61,391 bases of DNA from positions 1 through 61,391 of the forward strand of contig CALMKH010000147.1 in the NCBI GenBank assembly GCA_937867025.1, in the 5' to 3' direction. Both the position numbers and the translations under genes were made by a program. Origin of the DNA: an uncultured Bacteroidota bacterium (GTDB lineage Bacteria > Bacteroidota > Bacteroidia > NS11-12g > UBA955). Position 1 is the stretch's first letter; each line of letters starts with the position of its first letter. Positions 26,369-37,039 of this stretch are shown piece by piece. The notes beneath the pieces are model-generated. The model saw only the letters and a program-made list of their open reading frames with translations, searched no databases and was not told the origin of the DNA.

Positions 26369-29134
26369 ATGGCAAGTTACGAATTCAGGAGAATTGAAAA
26401 GGAATGGCAGCGTCGCTGGGCTGAAGAAGGCACTTTCAGGGCTTTAAATAAGTCAGAACAACCGAAATACTACGTATTGGATATGTTTCCCTATCCAAGC
26501 GGAGCCGGCTTGCACGTAGGGCATCCTCTAGGTTACATTGCCAGCGATATTATTTCAAGGTACAAACGCCACCAGGACTTCAACGTATTGCACCCTATGG
26601 GATGGGATGCGTTTGGCCTTCCTGCCGAGCAATACGCCATACAAACCGGTCAGCACCCCGCCATCACTACAGAAGAAAACATCAGGCGTTACAGGGAACA
26701 GATGGATAATATCGGGTTCTCGTTCGACTGGTCAAGGGAGGTCAAAACCAGCGATCCATCCTATTACAGGTGGACACAGTGGATATTCATACAGTTGTTT
26801 AACTCCTGGTATAATATCAACACGAATAAGGCCGAACCGATCGATAAGCTGGTCGCTGAATTTGAACATGCGGGCAATGCAAATGTGCGTGCCGCCTGCG
26901 AGGAAAATGGCATATTCAGTGCGGAAGACTGGAAAGGGTACACCGAAAAACAGCAATCCGATATCCTGCTTAACTACCGCCTAGCGTTCCTTAGCGAAGC
27001 TATGGTCAACTGGTGCCCCGCACTCGGAACTGTACTGGCTAACGACGAAGTAAAGGATGGTGTCAGCGAACGAGGAGGATATCCCGTGGAACGGAAGCTG
27101 ATGACCCAGTGGAGCCTTCGTATCTCTGCATATTCTGAGCGCCTCCTGCATGGCCTCGATACCATCGATTGGAGTGATAGCATCAAAGAGGCACAGCGCA
27201 ACTGGATCGGTAAGAGTGAAGGCACAAGCCTGCATTTTAAGCTGAAAGATCACAAAGGATCGATAGAAGTGTTCACAACGAGGCCTGATACGGTGTTCGG
27301 GGTGTCATTCTTAACCCTGGCTCCGGAACATGAGCTTGTTGATCAGTTGGCGACAGATGAATACAAAGAGGCCGTTTCGGCTTATGTGACCATGGCTAAA
27401 AACCGCTCAGAACGAGACCGTATGGCCGATATAAAGAATATCAGCGGGCAGTTTACCGGTGCTTACGCTATACATCCGTTCACGGGTAATCCCATACCTA
27501 TCTGGATTGGGGATTATGTGCTGGCCGGATATGGGACCGGTGCCGTGATGGCTGTTCCCGGGCACGACAGCAGGGATTATGATTTTGCCAGGCATTTTAA
27601 TTTGCCAATACTTGAAGTGGTGAGCGGTGGTGACCTTTCCGTTGCATCGTATGACGCTAAGGAAGGCGAACTGGTGAACTCGGATTTTCTGAACGGACTG
27701 GATGTCAAAAGTGCGATCAGTAAAGCCATAAGCGAAATTGAAAAAAGAGGACTTGGAACCGGCAAAACCAATTACAGACTGAGAAACGCTGTGTTCGGCC
27801 GCCAGAGATATTGGGGTGAACCTATCCCGGTTTATTATGAAAACGGGATTCCGAAATGCATGGAACTGCAGGATCTTCCCCTGGTGCTGCCCGAGGTAGA
27901 CAAATATCTCCCGACCGAAACCGGCGAACCTCCCCTGGCAAGGGCAAAAAACTGGACCTACAAAGGTTTCCCGCTGGAGAATACCACCATGCCCGGCTGG
28001 GCGGGCTCTTCCTGGTACTATGTCAGGTATATGGATCCGGGAAATGAAGAAAACATAGCTTCACAGGAGGCTATCCGGTACTGGCGCGATGTCGACCTGT
28101 ATATCGGCGGTACCGAGCACGCTACGGGACATTTGCTCTATGCGCGTTTCTGGTGCAAGTTCCTGTACGATATCGGCAAGATTCCTTTTGACGAACCTTT
28201 CCGCAAACTTGTTAACCAGGGAATGATACAGGGTCAGTCGTGCCTCATTTATCGCGTTAATAACACCAATAAGTTTGTTTCATCCGGATTGAGAAACCAG
28301 TACGAAACTACGCCGATACATGTGGATGTAAAGCTTGTTTCCGGCAATGAAGTCAACCTGGAACAGTTAAAACAATGGAGACCCGAGTTTGACGATGCGG
28401 AATATGAACTGGAAAATGGCAAGTTGATTTGCGGAACGGAAATAGGCAAGATGTCGAAACGCTGGCATAACGTGGTTAATCCTGATAACATCTGCAACGA
28501 CTATGGCGCCGACACGCTGCGCCTGTATGAAATGTTCCTCGGACCATTGCAGGATGCCAAGCCGTGGAGCACCCAGGGCATCGAAGGCGTATTGCGCTTC
28601 CTGAGAAAATTGTGGCGGCTGTTTCATAACAACCCCGACGAGACATTTTATCTTTCTGATGAAGAACCCACTAAAGCCGAACTGAAGACCCTTCATAAAA
28701 CCATTAAAAAGGCAACAGAAGATATTGATAATTTTTCATTCAATACATCTGTCAGCGCCTTTATGGTCTGTGTTAATGAACTGCAGGACGCCAGGTGCAA
28801 TAAACGAGCGATTCTTGAACCCCTTGTTGTTATCATTTCTCCGTATGCCCCGCATATTGCCGAGGAATTGTGGAAGCTTTGCGGGCATAACCAAAGCATC
28901 GAACGCGAGCCCTGGCCGGTCTTTAAAGCCGAATACCTGGTCGAAAATGAATTTTTCTACCCTGTTTCATTTAATGGAAAGGTGCGGTTCAATAAGAATT
29001 TTGCCCTGGATATGGAACCGATCGAAATTGAGAAACAGGTGCTTTCAGACGAGCAGACACAAAAATACCTCGAGGGAAAAACACCAAAAAAAGTGATCGT
29101 GGTCAAGGGCCGCATCATTAATGTGGTCGCGTGA
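26369..29134 (+). CDS. leuS: Leucine--tRNA ligase
   Basis: Start [21 protein letters not shown] motif ([10 protein letters not shown]), KMSKR (KMSKS motif), and an editing-domain insertion. About 921 aa. Confidence 0.97.
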   Translation: MASYEFRRIEKEWQRRWAEEGTFRALNKSEQPKYYVLDMFPYPSGAGLHVGHPLGYIASDIISRYKRHQDFNVLHPMGWDAFGLPAEQYAIQTGQHPAITTEENIRRYREQMDNIGFSFDWSREVKTSDPSYYRWTQWIFIQLFNSWYNINTNKAEPIDKLVAEFEHAGNANVRAACEENGIFSAEDWKGYTEKQQSDILLNYRLAFLSEAMVNWCPALGTVLANDEVKDGVSERGGYPVERKLMTQWSLRISAYSERLLHGLDTIDWSDSIKEAQRNWIGKSEGTSLHFKLKDHKGSIEVFTTRPDTVFGVSFLTLAPEHELVDQLATDEYKEAVSAYVTMAKNRSERDRMADIKNISGQFTGAYAIHPFTGNPIPIWIGDYVLAGYGTGAVMAVPGHDSRDYDFARHFNLPILEVVSGGDLSVASYDAKEGELVNSDFLNGLDVKSAISKAISEIEKRGLGTGKTNYRLRNAVFGRQRYWGEPIPVYYENGIPKCMELQDLPLVLPEVDKYLPTETGEPPLARAKNWTYKGFPLENTTMPGWAGSSWYYVRYMDPGNEENIASQEAIRYWRDVDLYIGGTEHATGHLLYARFWCKFLYDIGKIPFDEPFRKLVNQGMIQGQSCLIYRVNNTNKFVSSGLRNQYETTPIHVDVKLVSGNEVNLEQLKQWRPEFDDAEYELENGKLICGTEIGKMSKRWHNVVNPDNICNDYGADTLRLYEMFLGPLQDAKPWSTQGIEGVLRFLRKLWRLFHNNPDETFYLSDEEPTKAELKTLHKTIKKATEDIDNFSFNTSVSAFMVCVNELQDARCNKRAILEPLVVIISPYAPHIAEELWKLCGHNQSIEREPWPVFKAEYLVENEFFYPVSFNGKVRFNKNFALDMEPIEIEKQVLSDEQTQKYLEGKTPKKVIVVKGRIINVVA

Positions 29135-29196
29135 TTCCGTGTATCAGGAAAAGCGCGTTAAAATCATGATATTTTTCCGGGAGAACCTCAATTGTA

Positions 29197-30021
29197 TCAG
29201 AGGTGACCGATAAGTACCATCTCGTCTAAAGTGGGCACAGCACTGCCGCCGCGTTTCTCCCTTGTAACAGCAAACGCTGCAGGCTTTTCGCTACTCTTCA
29301 TTTTCACCATGGTCTTGCTTTCTTCATTGGCATCAAAAACACCTGCATCCACAGGATTTCCGTTTATTATGGCCCATAGTTGGTATTGCTTATCCTGGTC
29401 TGTTGCAGGTAACTGGACCACATGAAGGTATACGTCGCGGCTGCTGCTGTCATAATACACAATGGCTTTTGCTTCCGGCATCATTTTCGAACCGGAAAGT
29501 TTTACGCGCATGATATGCATGGAATTGACCATCTGCATCTGTTGTTCCAATGTTTTATAACGCTGCTTTTCGGAAGCCATGATGCCCGCAAACTCCTGTT
29601 TTTCCCTGCTTATGGCCACTAAGGCGTTTTCTGAGAGCTGCCATTTGTTGTAAAAGAAAATATTCAGGGCAAGACTGGCTAACAGGGCTACCGATGCCGC
29701 CACCAGGTACTTTTTCCAGGCGCCGCCATTTCCCCGGATCTTGTGTTCGGCAACGAAAGAAACCTGCCTGCCTGTTCCGGGTGAATGCTCAGGCACTTCC
29801 GGAAACAGCTTGCTGAATAAGGCCTCCTTTGTGCGTTCGGAAGGGTTATGACTGTAATGCTCTGCCAAACCTATCAGGACATTTTCAACCGCCAGTATTT
29901 CCGCCTGTATTTCAGGGTATTTTGCCGCCTGTTCTATAAGCTCGCGTGTCTCCCGCTCATTGGTTTCACCCATGACAAAACGTTCTATGACGCCTGATTC
30001 TATATATTCCCTGGTATTCAC
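29197..30021 (-). CDS. Anti-sigma factor (RskA / anti-sigma-K-like, single-pass membrane)
   Basis: N-terminal anti-sigma domain, a central TM helix (YLVAASVALLASLALNIFFY), and a C-terminal RskA-like region (YQLWAIINGNPVDAGVF...AFAVTREKRGGSAVPT). It overlaps the sigma gene stop by 4 nt. Confidence 0.8.
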   Translation of the reverse strand: MNTREYIESGVIERFVMGETNERETRELIEQAAKYPEIQAEILAVENVLIGLAEHYSHNPSERTKEALFSKLFPEVPEHSPGTGRQVSFVAEHKIRGNGGAWKKYLVAASVALLASLALNIFFYNKWQLSENALVAISREKQEFAGIMASEKQRYKTLEQQMQMVNSMHIMRVKLSGSKMMPEAKAIVYYDSSSRDVYLHVVQLPATDQDKQYQLWAIINGNPVDAGVFDANEESKTMVKMKSSEKPAAFAVTREKRGGSAVPTLDEMVLIGHL

Positions 30022-30581
30022 CTTGTATCCTCTTTAAATTCTTTTCTCAATTCCAGTATGGCCGCCCGTATCCTTGTCTTTACCGTTCCGAGAGGTATGT
30101 TCAGCTCCCTGGAAGCGTCTTCCTGTGTATATCCTTTGAAATATACATATTCCAGCACAAGCTGCTGCCCGGGTGGCAAACGTTCAACAAGCGACCTGAT
30201 CCCTATCATATCGACTTGCTGGCTGACCTGGTTCTCCCTGTCCACATGATATACGACATCATCAATGGTTTGGTTTTGATTATCTTGCTTTGATTGCTTT
30301 GATCTCAGGTAATCGATGCCGGTATTCCTCGCTATATTCAGCATCCATGTATACAGTCTGCCGCGTTCGGGCAGGTATGCGTCTATGTTTTTCCAGATTT
30401 TGATAAACACCTCCTGGAGAAGGTCGTTTGCAATCTCCTCATTTTCAACCGCTTTCAACAGAATGCCCAATAACGCCGAACTATACCGCCTATACATATG
30501 CTCAAAAGCAGGCCTGTCGCGCTTTTTCAGCAGAGCTACAAGGGATGCTTCATCGTATATTGTTTTTCCGCCCGTGACCAC
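30018..30581 (-). CDS. ECF-type RNA polymerase sigma-70 factor
   Basis: Region 2 (LLQEVFIKIWKNIDAY..RLYTWMLNIARNTGIDYLR) and region 4 HTH (VLEYVYFKGYTQEDASRELNIPLGTVKTRIRAA). Confidence 0.88.
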   Translation of the reverse strand: MVTGGKTIYDEASLVALLKKRDRPAFEHMYRRYSSALLGILLKAVENEEIANDLLQEVFIKIWKNIDAYLPERGRLYTWMLNIARNTGIDYLRSKQSKQDNQNQTIDDVVYHVDRENQVSQQVDMIGIRSLVERLPPGQQLVLEYVYFKGYTQEDASRELNIPLGTVKTRIRAAILELRKEFKEDTR

Positions 30582-30669
30582 TTAATTAATACAAACATAG
30601 GTATTCTGGTAAAACGCCCCAAATACCCTGATTTTTTTATTATGGGATTTTCGCTAATATTGAAACATA

Positions 30670-33441
30670 ATGGTTAAAAAGTTAATACTACCGGCCTTTT
30701 TACTTATTTCCGTGCCGCTTTGTTTCCTGCTGATCAGAAAACCATCTGCAACGATAGTTCATACAGAATTTGAGAAAGAAGGTTCCGGATACGATAAAAA
30801 AGAGCTTGAAGAATATTACAGGACACTCCTGGCCGATCCTGCTACCGGTATGATCCCGGCAGGCATTCACCAGAGGGAGCTGGCGTTTGCAGGGACTTTG
30901 CCTGTCAACCAGGACCATAAACGGTCAGAATTCTGGAAAGCAAGAGGACCTAATAACCTTGGCGGACGAACAAGGGCAATCGGCATTAATATAGACAACC
31001 CAAATGAAGTTCTGGCCGGATCAGCCACCGGAGGCATTTATAAATCTTCAGATGGCGGAAAAAACTGGACCAAGACCGTTTGCCCGGTCAATTCCATTTC
31101 ATGCATGATACAGGACAGAAGGCCGGGCAAGACCAGTATATGGTATGCAGGCACGGGTGAGCTCAGCGGCTCGAGCGGAACGGCCAACGGAGCTTATTAT
31201 TATGGCGCAGGCATCCTGAAAAGCACAGACAATGGCAACACATGGAGTGTGCTTCCTTCCACTGCGGGCAACAGCGCGAATAATTTTGACAGTGATTTCG
31301 ACGGGGTCTGGAACATTGCCATGGATTATTCCAATCTTAATGAAACGGAGCTTTATGCCGCTGTCTATTCCGGTATATACAAAAGCACGGATGGAGGCAC
31401 AACCTGGAAAAAGAAACGCTCCGGAGCCATAGGCAGCATTTCATACTACACGGATGTGGCCCTGGCCGATGATGGAACCGTGTTTGCCACCATGAGCAGC
31501 GAAAGCACGCATAAGGGTGTCTGGCGGAGTCCTGACGGTGAATCCTGGACCAATATCCTTCCCGCAGGATTTCCCACGGTATATGGACGAATGACCATAG
31601 GCATTGCGCCTTCGGATCAGACCCAGGTGTATATCATGGCGACCAACACTACCAACTTCGGATTTGTCAGCACCAATTTCCAGGGAGTTAAAGAATGGAA
31701 CAGCCTGTGGAAATACAAATACCTCTCTGGCAACGGCTCAGGCAGTGAAGGTGTTTGGGAAGACAGAAGCGCCAACCTGCCTGATAAAGGTGGCGATTTC
31801 GGATATTTCAGCACCCAGGGCGGATATGACCTGTATGTACGAGTCAAACCCGACAACCCGGATATGGTATTCATAGGCGCTACAAATCTCTGGCGAAGTT
31901 CGGACGGGTTTAAGACCAAAAACAATATCGGCTGGATAGGCGGTTATGGTGTCAATACATTCAGGCCGCACTTCAAATCGTATCCCAATCACCACCCCGA
32001 CAATCACAGTCTTGTATTTGTACCCGGCAGCAGTATCAGAGCTTACAGCACGCATGACGGAGGCATAAGTTACACAGAGGATATTTCAGCCCCGCAGGTC
32101 AACTGGGAGGCAAGGATCAACAATTATATCACTTCGCAATTCTATACCGTAGCCATTGATCACGCCACAATCCTCGACAACAAGATCATCGGTGGATTGC
32201 AGGATAACGGAACGCATTATGCCGATCAGTATGGCATGGCCAGCTGGCATATGTCATTTAACTCGGACGGTTCTTACTGTTATGTGAAGAACGGGGGATC
32301 CGAAATCTATGTCAGCGCCCAGCAGGGACGGGTTGTGCGTTTAAAGGTAAATGCGATCGGGGAACCCGAAAAATTCGCCAGGATAGATCCCAGGCAGCTA
32401 ACCAGGAACAGTTACGATTTTATCAATCCGTTCGTAATAGATCCTAACAATGAAAACATCATGTACCTGCCTGCTAAAAGAAGGCTTTTCAGGAACAGGA
32501 ATATTGAGGCCAGGCCGTTCCTGGAAACCTATGACACCACCCGCTGGGATACGCCGCTCTGGGAAGAGCTTACATCGTGTGTTCCTCCGGCCGGTCACGA
32601 ATTTTCTTCTATTACCATTTCCAGGGTCCGCCCCAATACGCTCTTTTATGGCACCGATAGGGGTAAAATATTCAAGGTAAACCATGCCGATACCGGGAAT
32701 CCCGCACCCAAAGACATCAGCGGTTCGAATTTCAGCACGGGAAATATCAACTGTATTTCCCTCGATCCGCTTGACAGCAACAGGATAATTGCGGTATTTT
32801 CCAACTACAATATCATCAGTGTATTTGAGACAAGAAACGGCGGGCAAACCTGGTCGAACATTTCCGGAAACCTCGAAGAGAATGCCAATGGCTCCGGTTC
32901 AGGACCAAGTTGCCGCTGGGCTGCCGTTATGCCACTGAAAAACGGCAAGCGTTCATGGTTCATCGGCACCAGTGTAGGCTTGTTTGCGACCGACAGCCTG
33001 GCTGGACTGCAAACCAAATGGATATTCCAGTCACCCAACGGAATAGGCAAAAATATTGTTACCATGATAGATACCCGCCTGCAGGATTATTATGTCGTAG
33101 TGGCAACCCACGGGTATGGCATACATAGTGCGAATGTTGCAAACGATTGGCAGATCACGGGGACGAACGCTCAGGGGGAACTTAGCAGGTTCACCGTGTA
33201 TCCAAACCCTGTAAATGACCAAACCGTTATGATCACCCTGAATAACGCAATTGAAGAAACACCATCATTCAGGCTGATCAGCCAGGATGGAAAGGTCAGG
33301 AACGGCAGCATCGGGCAGGTTGACAAGCTGGACGCCACGAGTTACAGGATACACCTTAACAATACCGCTTCCGGCATATACTGGTTATCCATGCGATCGG
33401 GAATAAGGGAACACGCCGAAAAAATAGTGGTGGTGCAATAA
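30670..33441 (+). CDS. T9SS-secreted BNR/Asp-box repeat beta-propeller protein (sortilin/Vps10- or GH74-like)
   Basis: Repeated Asp-boxes are present (SSDGGKNWTK, STDNGNTWSV, STDGGTTWKK, SPDGESWTN, TRNGGQTWSN). The C-terminal FTVYPNPVNDQTVMITL...GIYWLSMRSGIREHAEKIVVVQ is a T9SS CTD. Confidence 0.8.
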   Translation: MVKKLILPAFLLISVPLCFLLIRKPSATIVHTEFEKEGSGYDKKELEEYYRTLLADPATGMIPAGIHQRELAFAGTLPVNQDHKRSEFWKARGPNNLGGRTRAIGINIDNPNEVLAGSATGGIYKSSDGGKNWTKTVCPVNSISCMIQDRRPGKTSIWYAGTGELSGSSGTANGAYYYGAGILKSTDNGNTWSVLPSTAGNSANNFDSDFDGVWNIAMDYSNLNETELYAAVYSGIYKSTDGGTTWKKKRSGAIGSISYYTDVALADDGTVFATMSSESTHKGVWRSPDGESWTNILPAGFPTVYGRMTIGIAPSDQTQVYIMATNTTNFGFVSTNFQGVKEWNSLWKYKYLSGNGSGSEGVWEDRSANLPDKGGDFGYFSTQGGYDLYVRVKPDNPDMVFIGATNLWRSSDGFKTKNNIGWIGGYGVNTFRPHFKSYPNHHPDNHSLVFVPGSSIRAYSTHDGGISYTEDISAPQVNWEARINNYITSQFYTVAIDHATILDNKIIGGLQDNGTHYADQYGMASWHMSFNSDGSYCYVKNGGSEIYVSAQQGRVVRLKVNAIGEPEKFARIDPRQLTRNSYDFINPFVIDPNNENIMYLPAKRRLFRNRNIEARPFLETYDTTRWDTPLWEELTSCVPPAGHEFSSITISRVRPNTLFYGTDRGKIFKVNHADTGNPAPKDISGSNFSTGNINCISLDPLDSNRIIAVFSNYNIISVFETRNGGQTWSNISGNLEENANGSGSGPSCRWAAVMPLKNGKRSWFIGTSVGLFATDSLAGLQTKWIFQSPNGIGKNIVTMIDTRLQDYYVVVATHGYGIHSANVANDWQITGTNAQGELSRFTVYPNPVNDQTVMITLNNAIEETPSFRLISQDGKVRNGSIGQVDKLDATSYRIHLNNTASGIYWLSMRSGIREHAEKIVVVQ

Positions 33442-33519
33442 GACCGAACATGCTGGAAACCAAATCATCCTATAAATAAAAAATATAAGTTTTTGAGGCA
33501 TTATCTTTTTCAAAATTGG

Positions 33520-33527
33520 TAAGTTTG
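33520..33527 (+). promoter_or_regulatory. -7 promoter box (TAAGTTTG) for the ABC exporter
   Basis: TAnnTTTG match 13 nt upstream of the ATG at 33541. Confidence 0.4.
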
Positions 33528-33540
33528 CATCGTTTTTTTT

Positions 33541-35310
33541 ATGTCCATCCTGTTGAAATACCTGAAGATGCAATGGCCGGTTCTTTTACTGGCGCTGTTC
33601 CTGGCATCAATCAACCAAAGCTTTTCCCTGCTTGATCCGCAGATCACAGGAAGAATTGTGGATGAAGTGATCATCAGCAAAGACAAACTCAGTAAAACCG
33701 AATATCTTAACCATGCCTTATACCTGATAGGACTTTCAATCGGCGTCACCATGGTGTCGCGCATTGCAAAGAATTTCCAGGATTATTATACCAATGTCAT
33801 TGTACAGAAACTCGGTGCCCAGATCTTTGCAGACGGCCTCAAACATTCCCTTGAACTTCCTTTCCAGGTGTTTGAAGACCAGAGAAGCGGCGAGACACTG
33901 AGCATACTTCAGAAAGTAAGAACGGATTCCGAAAGGCTTATTACCTCGTTTATCGGCATCCTTTTCACATCCCTCGTGGGCATTATTTTTATTCTTATCT
34001 ATACGCTGAATGTCAGCTATGAGGTCACGCTGGTGTATGTAGGTTCAATATTCATTATCGGCATGATCAGCTCACTGCTGAGCAAGAAGATTAAAGTGAT
34101 GCAGAAAAAGATCGTCGGCGAAACGACAGCCCTGGCAGGAAGCACCACCGAAAGCCTGCGCAATATAGAACTGGTCAAAAGTCTCGGACTGGCCAGCCAG
34201 GAGATCAAGAGACTGAATAAAACCACTTATAAGATACTGGGTCTTGAGCTCAAAAAAGTAAAATACATACGAAGCCTGAACTTCCTTCAGGGCACTACCG
34301 TTCAATTCACCCGCAGTGTCATGATCATGGTGCTGTTATACCTCATCTTCCAGGACACGATATTGCCGGGACAATATTTTACGTTCCTGTTCTATTCGTT
34401 CTTTTTGTTCAACCCCCTGCAGGAACTCGGGAATATTATCCTGATACACCGCGAAGCTGAAGTGTCTCTCGACAACTTCAAAAGGCTTATGGAAACGCCA
34501 ATTGATTACAAACCTGACAAACCTAAACTGCTGAAAGGCTTGCAGCATTTTGAATTCAGGAATGTCACATTCAAGCATAAAAGCGCCGGAACCTATGCCT
34601 TAAAGGATGTGAGCTTTAAAGTAGATAAAGGTGAAACGATTGCCTTTGTGGGTCCTTCAGGTTCGGGTAAAACCACTCTTGTCAAACTGCTTGTTGGTCT
34701 TTACCAGGCCCAGAGCGGTAATATTCTCTATGAAGGGATTGATGCCCGTGAAGTGAACCTGGACGAACTGAGGGAGCATATCGGATTCGTGACGCAGGAT
34801 ACCCAGCTTTTTTCAGGGTCCATAAAGGAGAATCTTTTGTTTGTCAATCCGAAGGCCACGGATGAGGAAATATACGATGCGCTGGAAAAAGCAAGCTGCC
34901 AGAGCCTCCTCGCAAGGGTCGACAATGGAATCGACAGCATTATCGGTGAAGGCGGCGTGAAGGTAAGCGGCGGTGAAAAACAAAGGCTGTCTATAGCCCG
35001 CGCGTTACTGCGCAAACCCCAGCTGCTGGTGTTTGACGAAGCCACTTCAGCACTCGACAGCCTGACTGAAGAAGAGATCACCCAGACGATCAAAAAAATA
35101 AATCTTTACCAGTCGTGTATCACCATACTTATTGCACACAGGCTGAGCACCATTATGCACGCTAACAGGATATACGTGCTGGAGCAGGGCTCAATTATAG
35201 AGCATGGCAGGCATGAAGAGCTGCTGATGGAGAAGGGCCTGTACTACGCCATGTGGCGCCAGCAGATCGGCGAAAGGAAGTCGGGTGAGAAGCTTGCAGA
35301 ATTGAAATAA
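33541..35310 (+). CDS. ABC transporter, fused permease/ATP-binding half-transporter (MsbA-like exporter)
   Basis: Six-TM N-terminal domain, Walker A GPSGSGKTT, signature VSGGEKQR, Walker B LLVFDEATSALD, H-loop IAHRLST. Confidence 0.92.
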   Translation: MSILLKYLKMQWPVLLLALFLASINQSFSLLDPQITGRIVDEVIISKDKLSKTEYLNHALYLIGLSIGVTMVSRIAKNFQDYYTNVIVQKLGAQIFADGLKHSLELPFQVFEDQRSGETLSILQKVRTDSERLITSFIGILFTSLVGIIFILIYTLNVSYEVTLVYVGSIFIIGMISSLLSKKIKVMQKKIVGETTALAGSTTESLRNIELVKSLGLASQEIKRLNKTTYKILGLELKKVKYIRSLNFLQGTTVQFTRSVMIMVLLYLIFQDTILPGQYFTFLFYSFFLFNPLQELGNIILIHREAEVSLDNFKRLMETPIDYKPDKPKLLKGLQHFEFRNVTFKHKSAGTYALKDVSFKVDKGETIAFVGPSGSGKTTLVKLLVGLYQAQSGNILYEGIDAREVNLDELREHIGFVTQDTQLFSGSIKENLLFVNPKATDEEIYDALEKASCQSLLARVDNGIDSIIGEGGVKVSGGEKQRLSIARALLRKPQLLVFDEATSALDSLTEEEITQTIKKINLYQSCITILIAHRLSTIMHANRIYVLEQGSIIEHGRHEELLMEKGLYYAMWRQQIGERKSGEKLAELK

Positions 35311-35405
35311 CCCCTCCGGATGTAACCATACGAGGCAGTAAACCATGCCGTAATCTCAGGTTACATGATGCAACAACCCTGTACATCAGCGATAATATAA
35401 AAAAG

Positions 35406-35432
35406 AAATTCCATATGTTTTGCATATGGAAT
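35406..35432. terminator. Perfect 11-bp hairpin between convergent genes (candidate bidirectional terminator)
   Basis: AATTCCATATG-ttttg-CATATGGAATT, flanked by A-runs on both sides. It lies between the ABC gene (+) and the 35498..35980 gene (-). Confidence 0.4.
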
Positions 35433-35497
35433 TAGCTTAAAAAAGTCTATGTGGTTTCGGTTGCACCAATAGGACAACCGGAGTTCAGATCTTCAAA

Positions 35498-35980
35498 TCA
35501 ATCCTTGGTCATGGTAATGACCTCGTTTTTCTTGTACTGCTTGCCCCTGAAAGTGAAAGACACCTCATCAACTTGTACATTCGGCTCGTCTTCGTTACAC
35601 TTGTCGGTCACCTCAGACTTGGATTTTTTAATGATTATGTTTGACAGTGTATCGCTGCCATAACGCCACTGGATGATCAGGTCGGAATTATTCAGATAGC
35701 TTTCGTAATCGCTGTAAGTGGATTTGTACGGACGATCGGTGATCATAGTGGAATAGTTATAAGCTGTATAGGACGCCATCAGCTGGGTCAGCTCAAAAGA
35801 ATCTCTCTTTAATGTGGTCCTGTCTATCCTGATCGCATCCATTTCATTAATTTCCTGAACGGTGAAATCTTCAAACTTCACTGGGATCAAAACGCGCTCT
35901 CCGTAGTTAATGTCACGGTTACACTCACGGCACCTGCTGAACAACACAAGGATAGCAAAAAGACTGATATATAATTTCAT
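35498..35980 (-). CDS. Hypothetical exported protein or lipoprotein (160 aa)
   Basis: N-terminal signal MKLYISLFAILVLFSRC. No motif recognised. Confidence 0.5.
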   Translation of the reverse strand: MKLYISLFAILVLFSRCRECNRDINYGERVLIPVKFEDFTVQEINEMDAIRIDRTTLKRDSFELTQLMASYTAYNYSTMITDRPYKSTYSDYESYLNNSDLIIQWRYGSDTLSNIIIKKSKSEVTDKCNEDEPNVQVDEVSFTFRGKQYKKNEVITMTKD

Positions 35981-36327
35981 AATCTCGAATTTGCTACAAA
36001 AGTAAGATATAATTTCCTGAAAAAAACATGTTTATTGTTAACAACAGCTATTTTTTATAGTTATTATTCCATTTTTTTTGACTATAATAAACACATTACT
36101 CTCAGATTTTTAGCAATTTGGACCGATAATGCCTGATATTTAAGGATGGCTTAACGCGTAATAACAAAGAAAAACCAACTTTTAACCTCCCAGTGTAAAG
36201 CGTACCCCGACAGTAAGGGACTCATACCGAAGTTCAACTCCATTATTAATCCCTTAAACCTGTCAGATATAAAACAATTAGTAAGGTAACTCTCCCGGCC
36301 AATTGAGGCTTGAGCCACAAGAGACAA

Positions 36328-37011
36328 TTATTTTTTTACCGCATCCATTCTGAATGTATATCCCAACTGAATGTAAAGTGGAACAAATGGTTTGGTTTTA
36401 AAATCCTGTGTTAAGAGTTTCCCCGCCTTCAGATAGATATCACTTCTTTTAAAGGAATATCCGATTTGCAGACCATAGTTGAAATTACCGCCTGTTGAAG
36501 GCTGGTACCAACCATTTTTAACCTCCGGAAATATATCCCTGTACACTTCGGTATGCTTGAAATGTGTTACAATGGCCTTATCAAAGCCGAAATCACCTGC
36601 CACAAACCATTTGGGTTTGTAGTAACCCAGGGTGGCGCTGAAATCCGAGCCAAAATTTACCATCCGCACAAGCGTATTTTCATGCCTTCTGAAAATACCC
36701 GCTATTTTTGCGCTTACGTGAAAGTTATTGATCTGATATAACCTTACCTGTCCTCCCAGCTTACTTTTAAAATCATCTGTCAGCCTTTTCCCGGCAGGAA
36801 AGGAATACTCGGCTTGAAGGATTACAGGCATTCTGGTTTTCAAGCGGTAACCGTACCCTGCCCCCAATACTACTCCGTGCATCAGTCCTGTGTTTATGTT
36901 TAATACATGCCGTTCTTGCTGCAAATTTGTCCAGTTGATTTCCTGTGCAAACGCTTTGCTGTTAAAGCCTGATAGGCTTATTAATAATGTTGCGATTATG
37001 AAATGTTTCAT
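36328..37011 (-). CDS. Small outer-membrane beta-barrel protein (hypothetical)
   Basis: Signal peptide ending AFAQ. It has alternating amphipathic strands rich in G/Y/F, and an aromatic motif near the C-terminus (LGYTF). Confidence 0.55.
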   Translation of the reverse strand: MKHFIIATLLISLSGFNSKAFAQEINWTNLQQERHVLNINTGLMHGVVLGAGYGYRLKTRMPVILQAEYSFPAGKRLTDDFKSKLGGQVRLYQINNFHVSAKIAGIFRRHENTLVRMVNFGSDFSATLGYYKPKWFVAGDFGFDKAIVTHFKHTEVYRDIFPEVKNGWYQPSTGGNFNYGLQIGYSFKRSDIYLKAGKLLTQDFKTKPFVPLYIQLGYTFRMDAVKK

Positions 37012-37039
37012 GTTATTATTATAAATTATATGTGGTTTT

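Noticed and set aside
36296-36312. Shared 9-mer CAATTGAGG here and at 61316-61324
   Set aside because: Only about 9-10 nt match, with no extended similarity or symmetry, which is compatible with chance in 61 kb.
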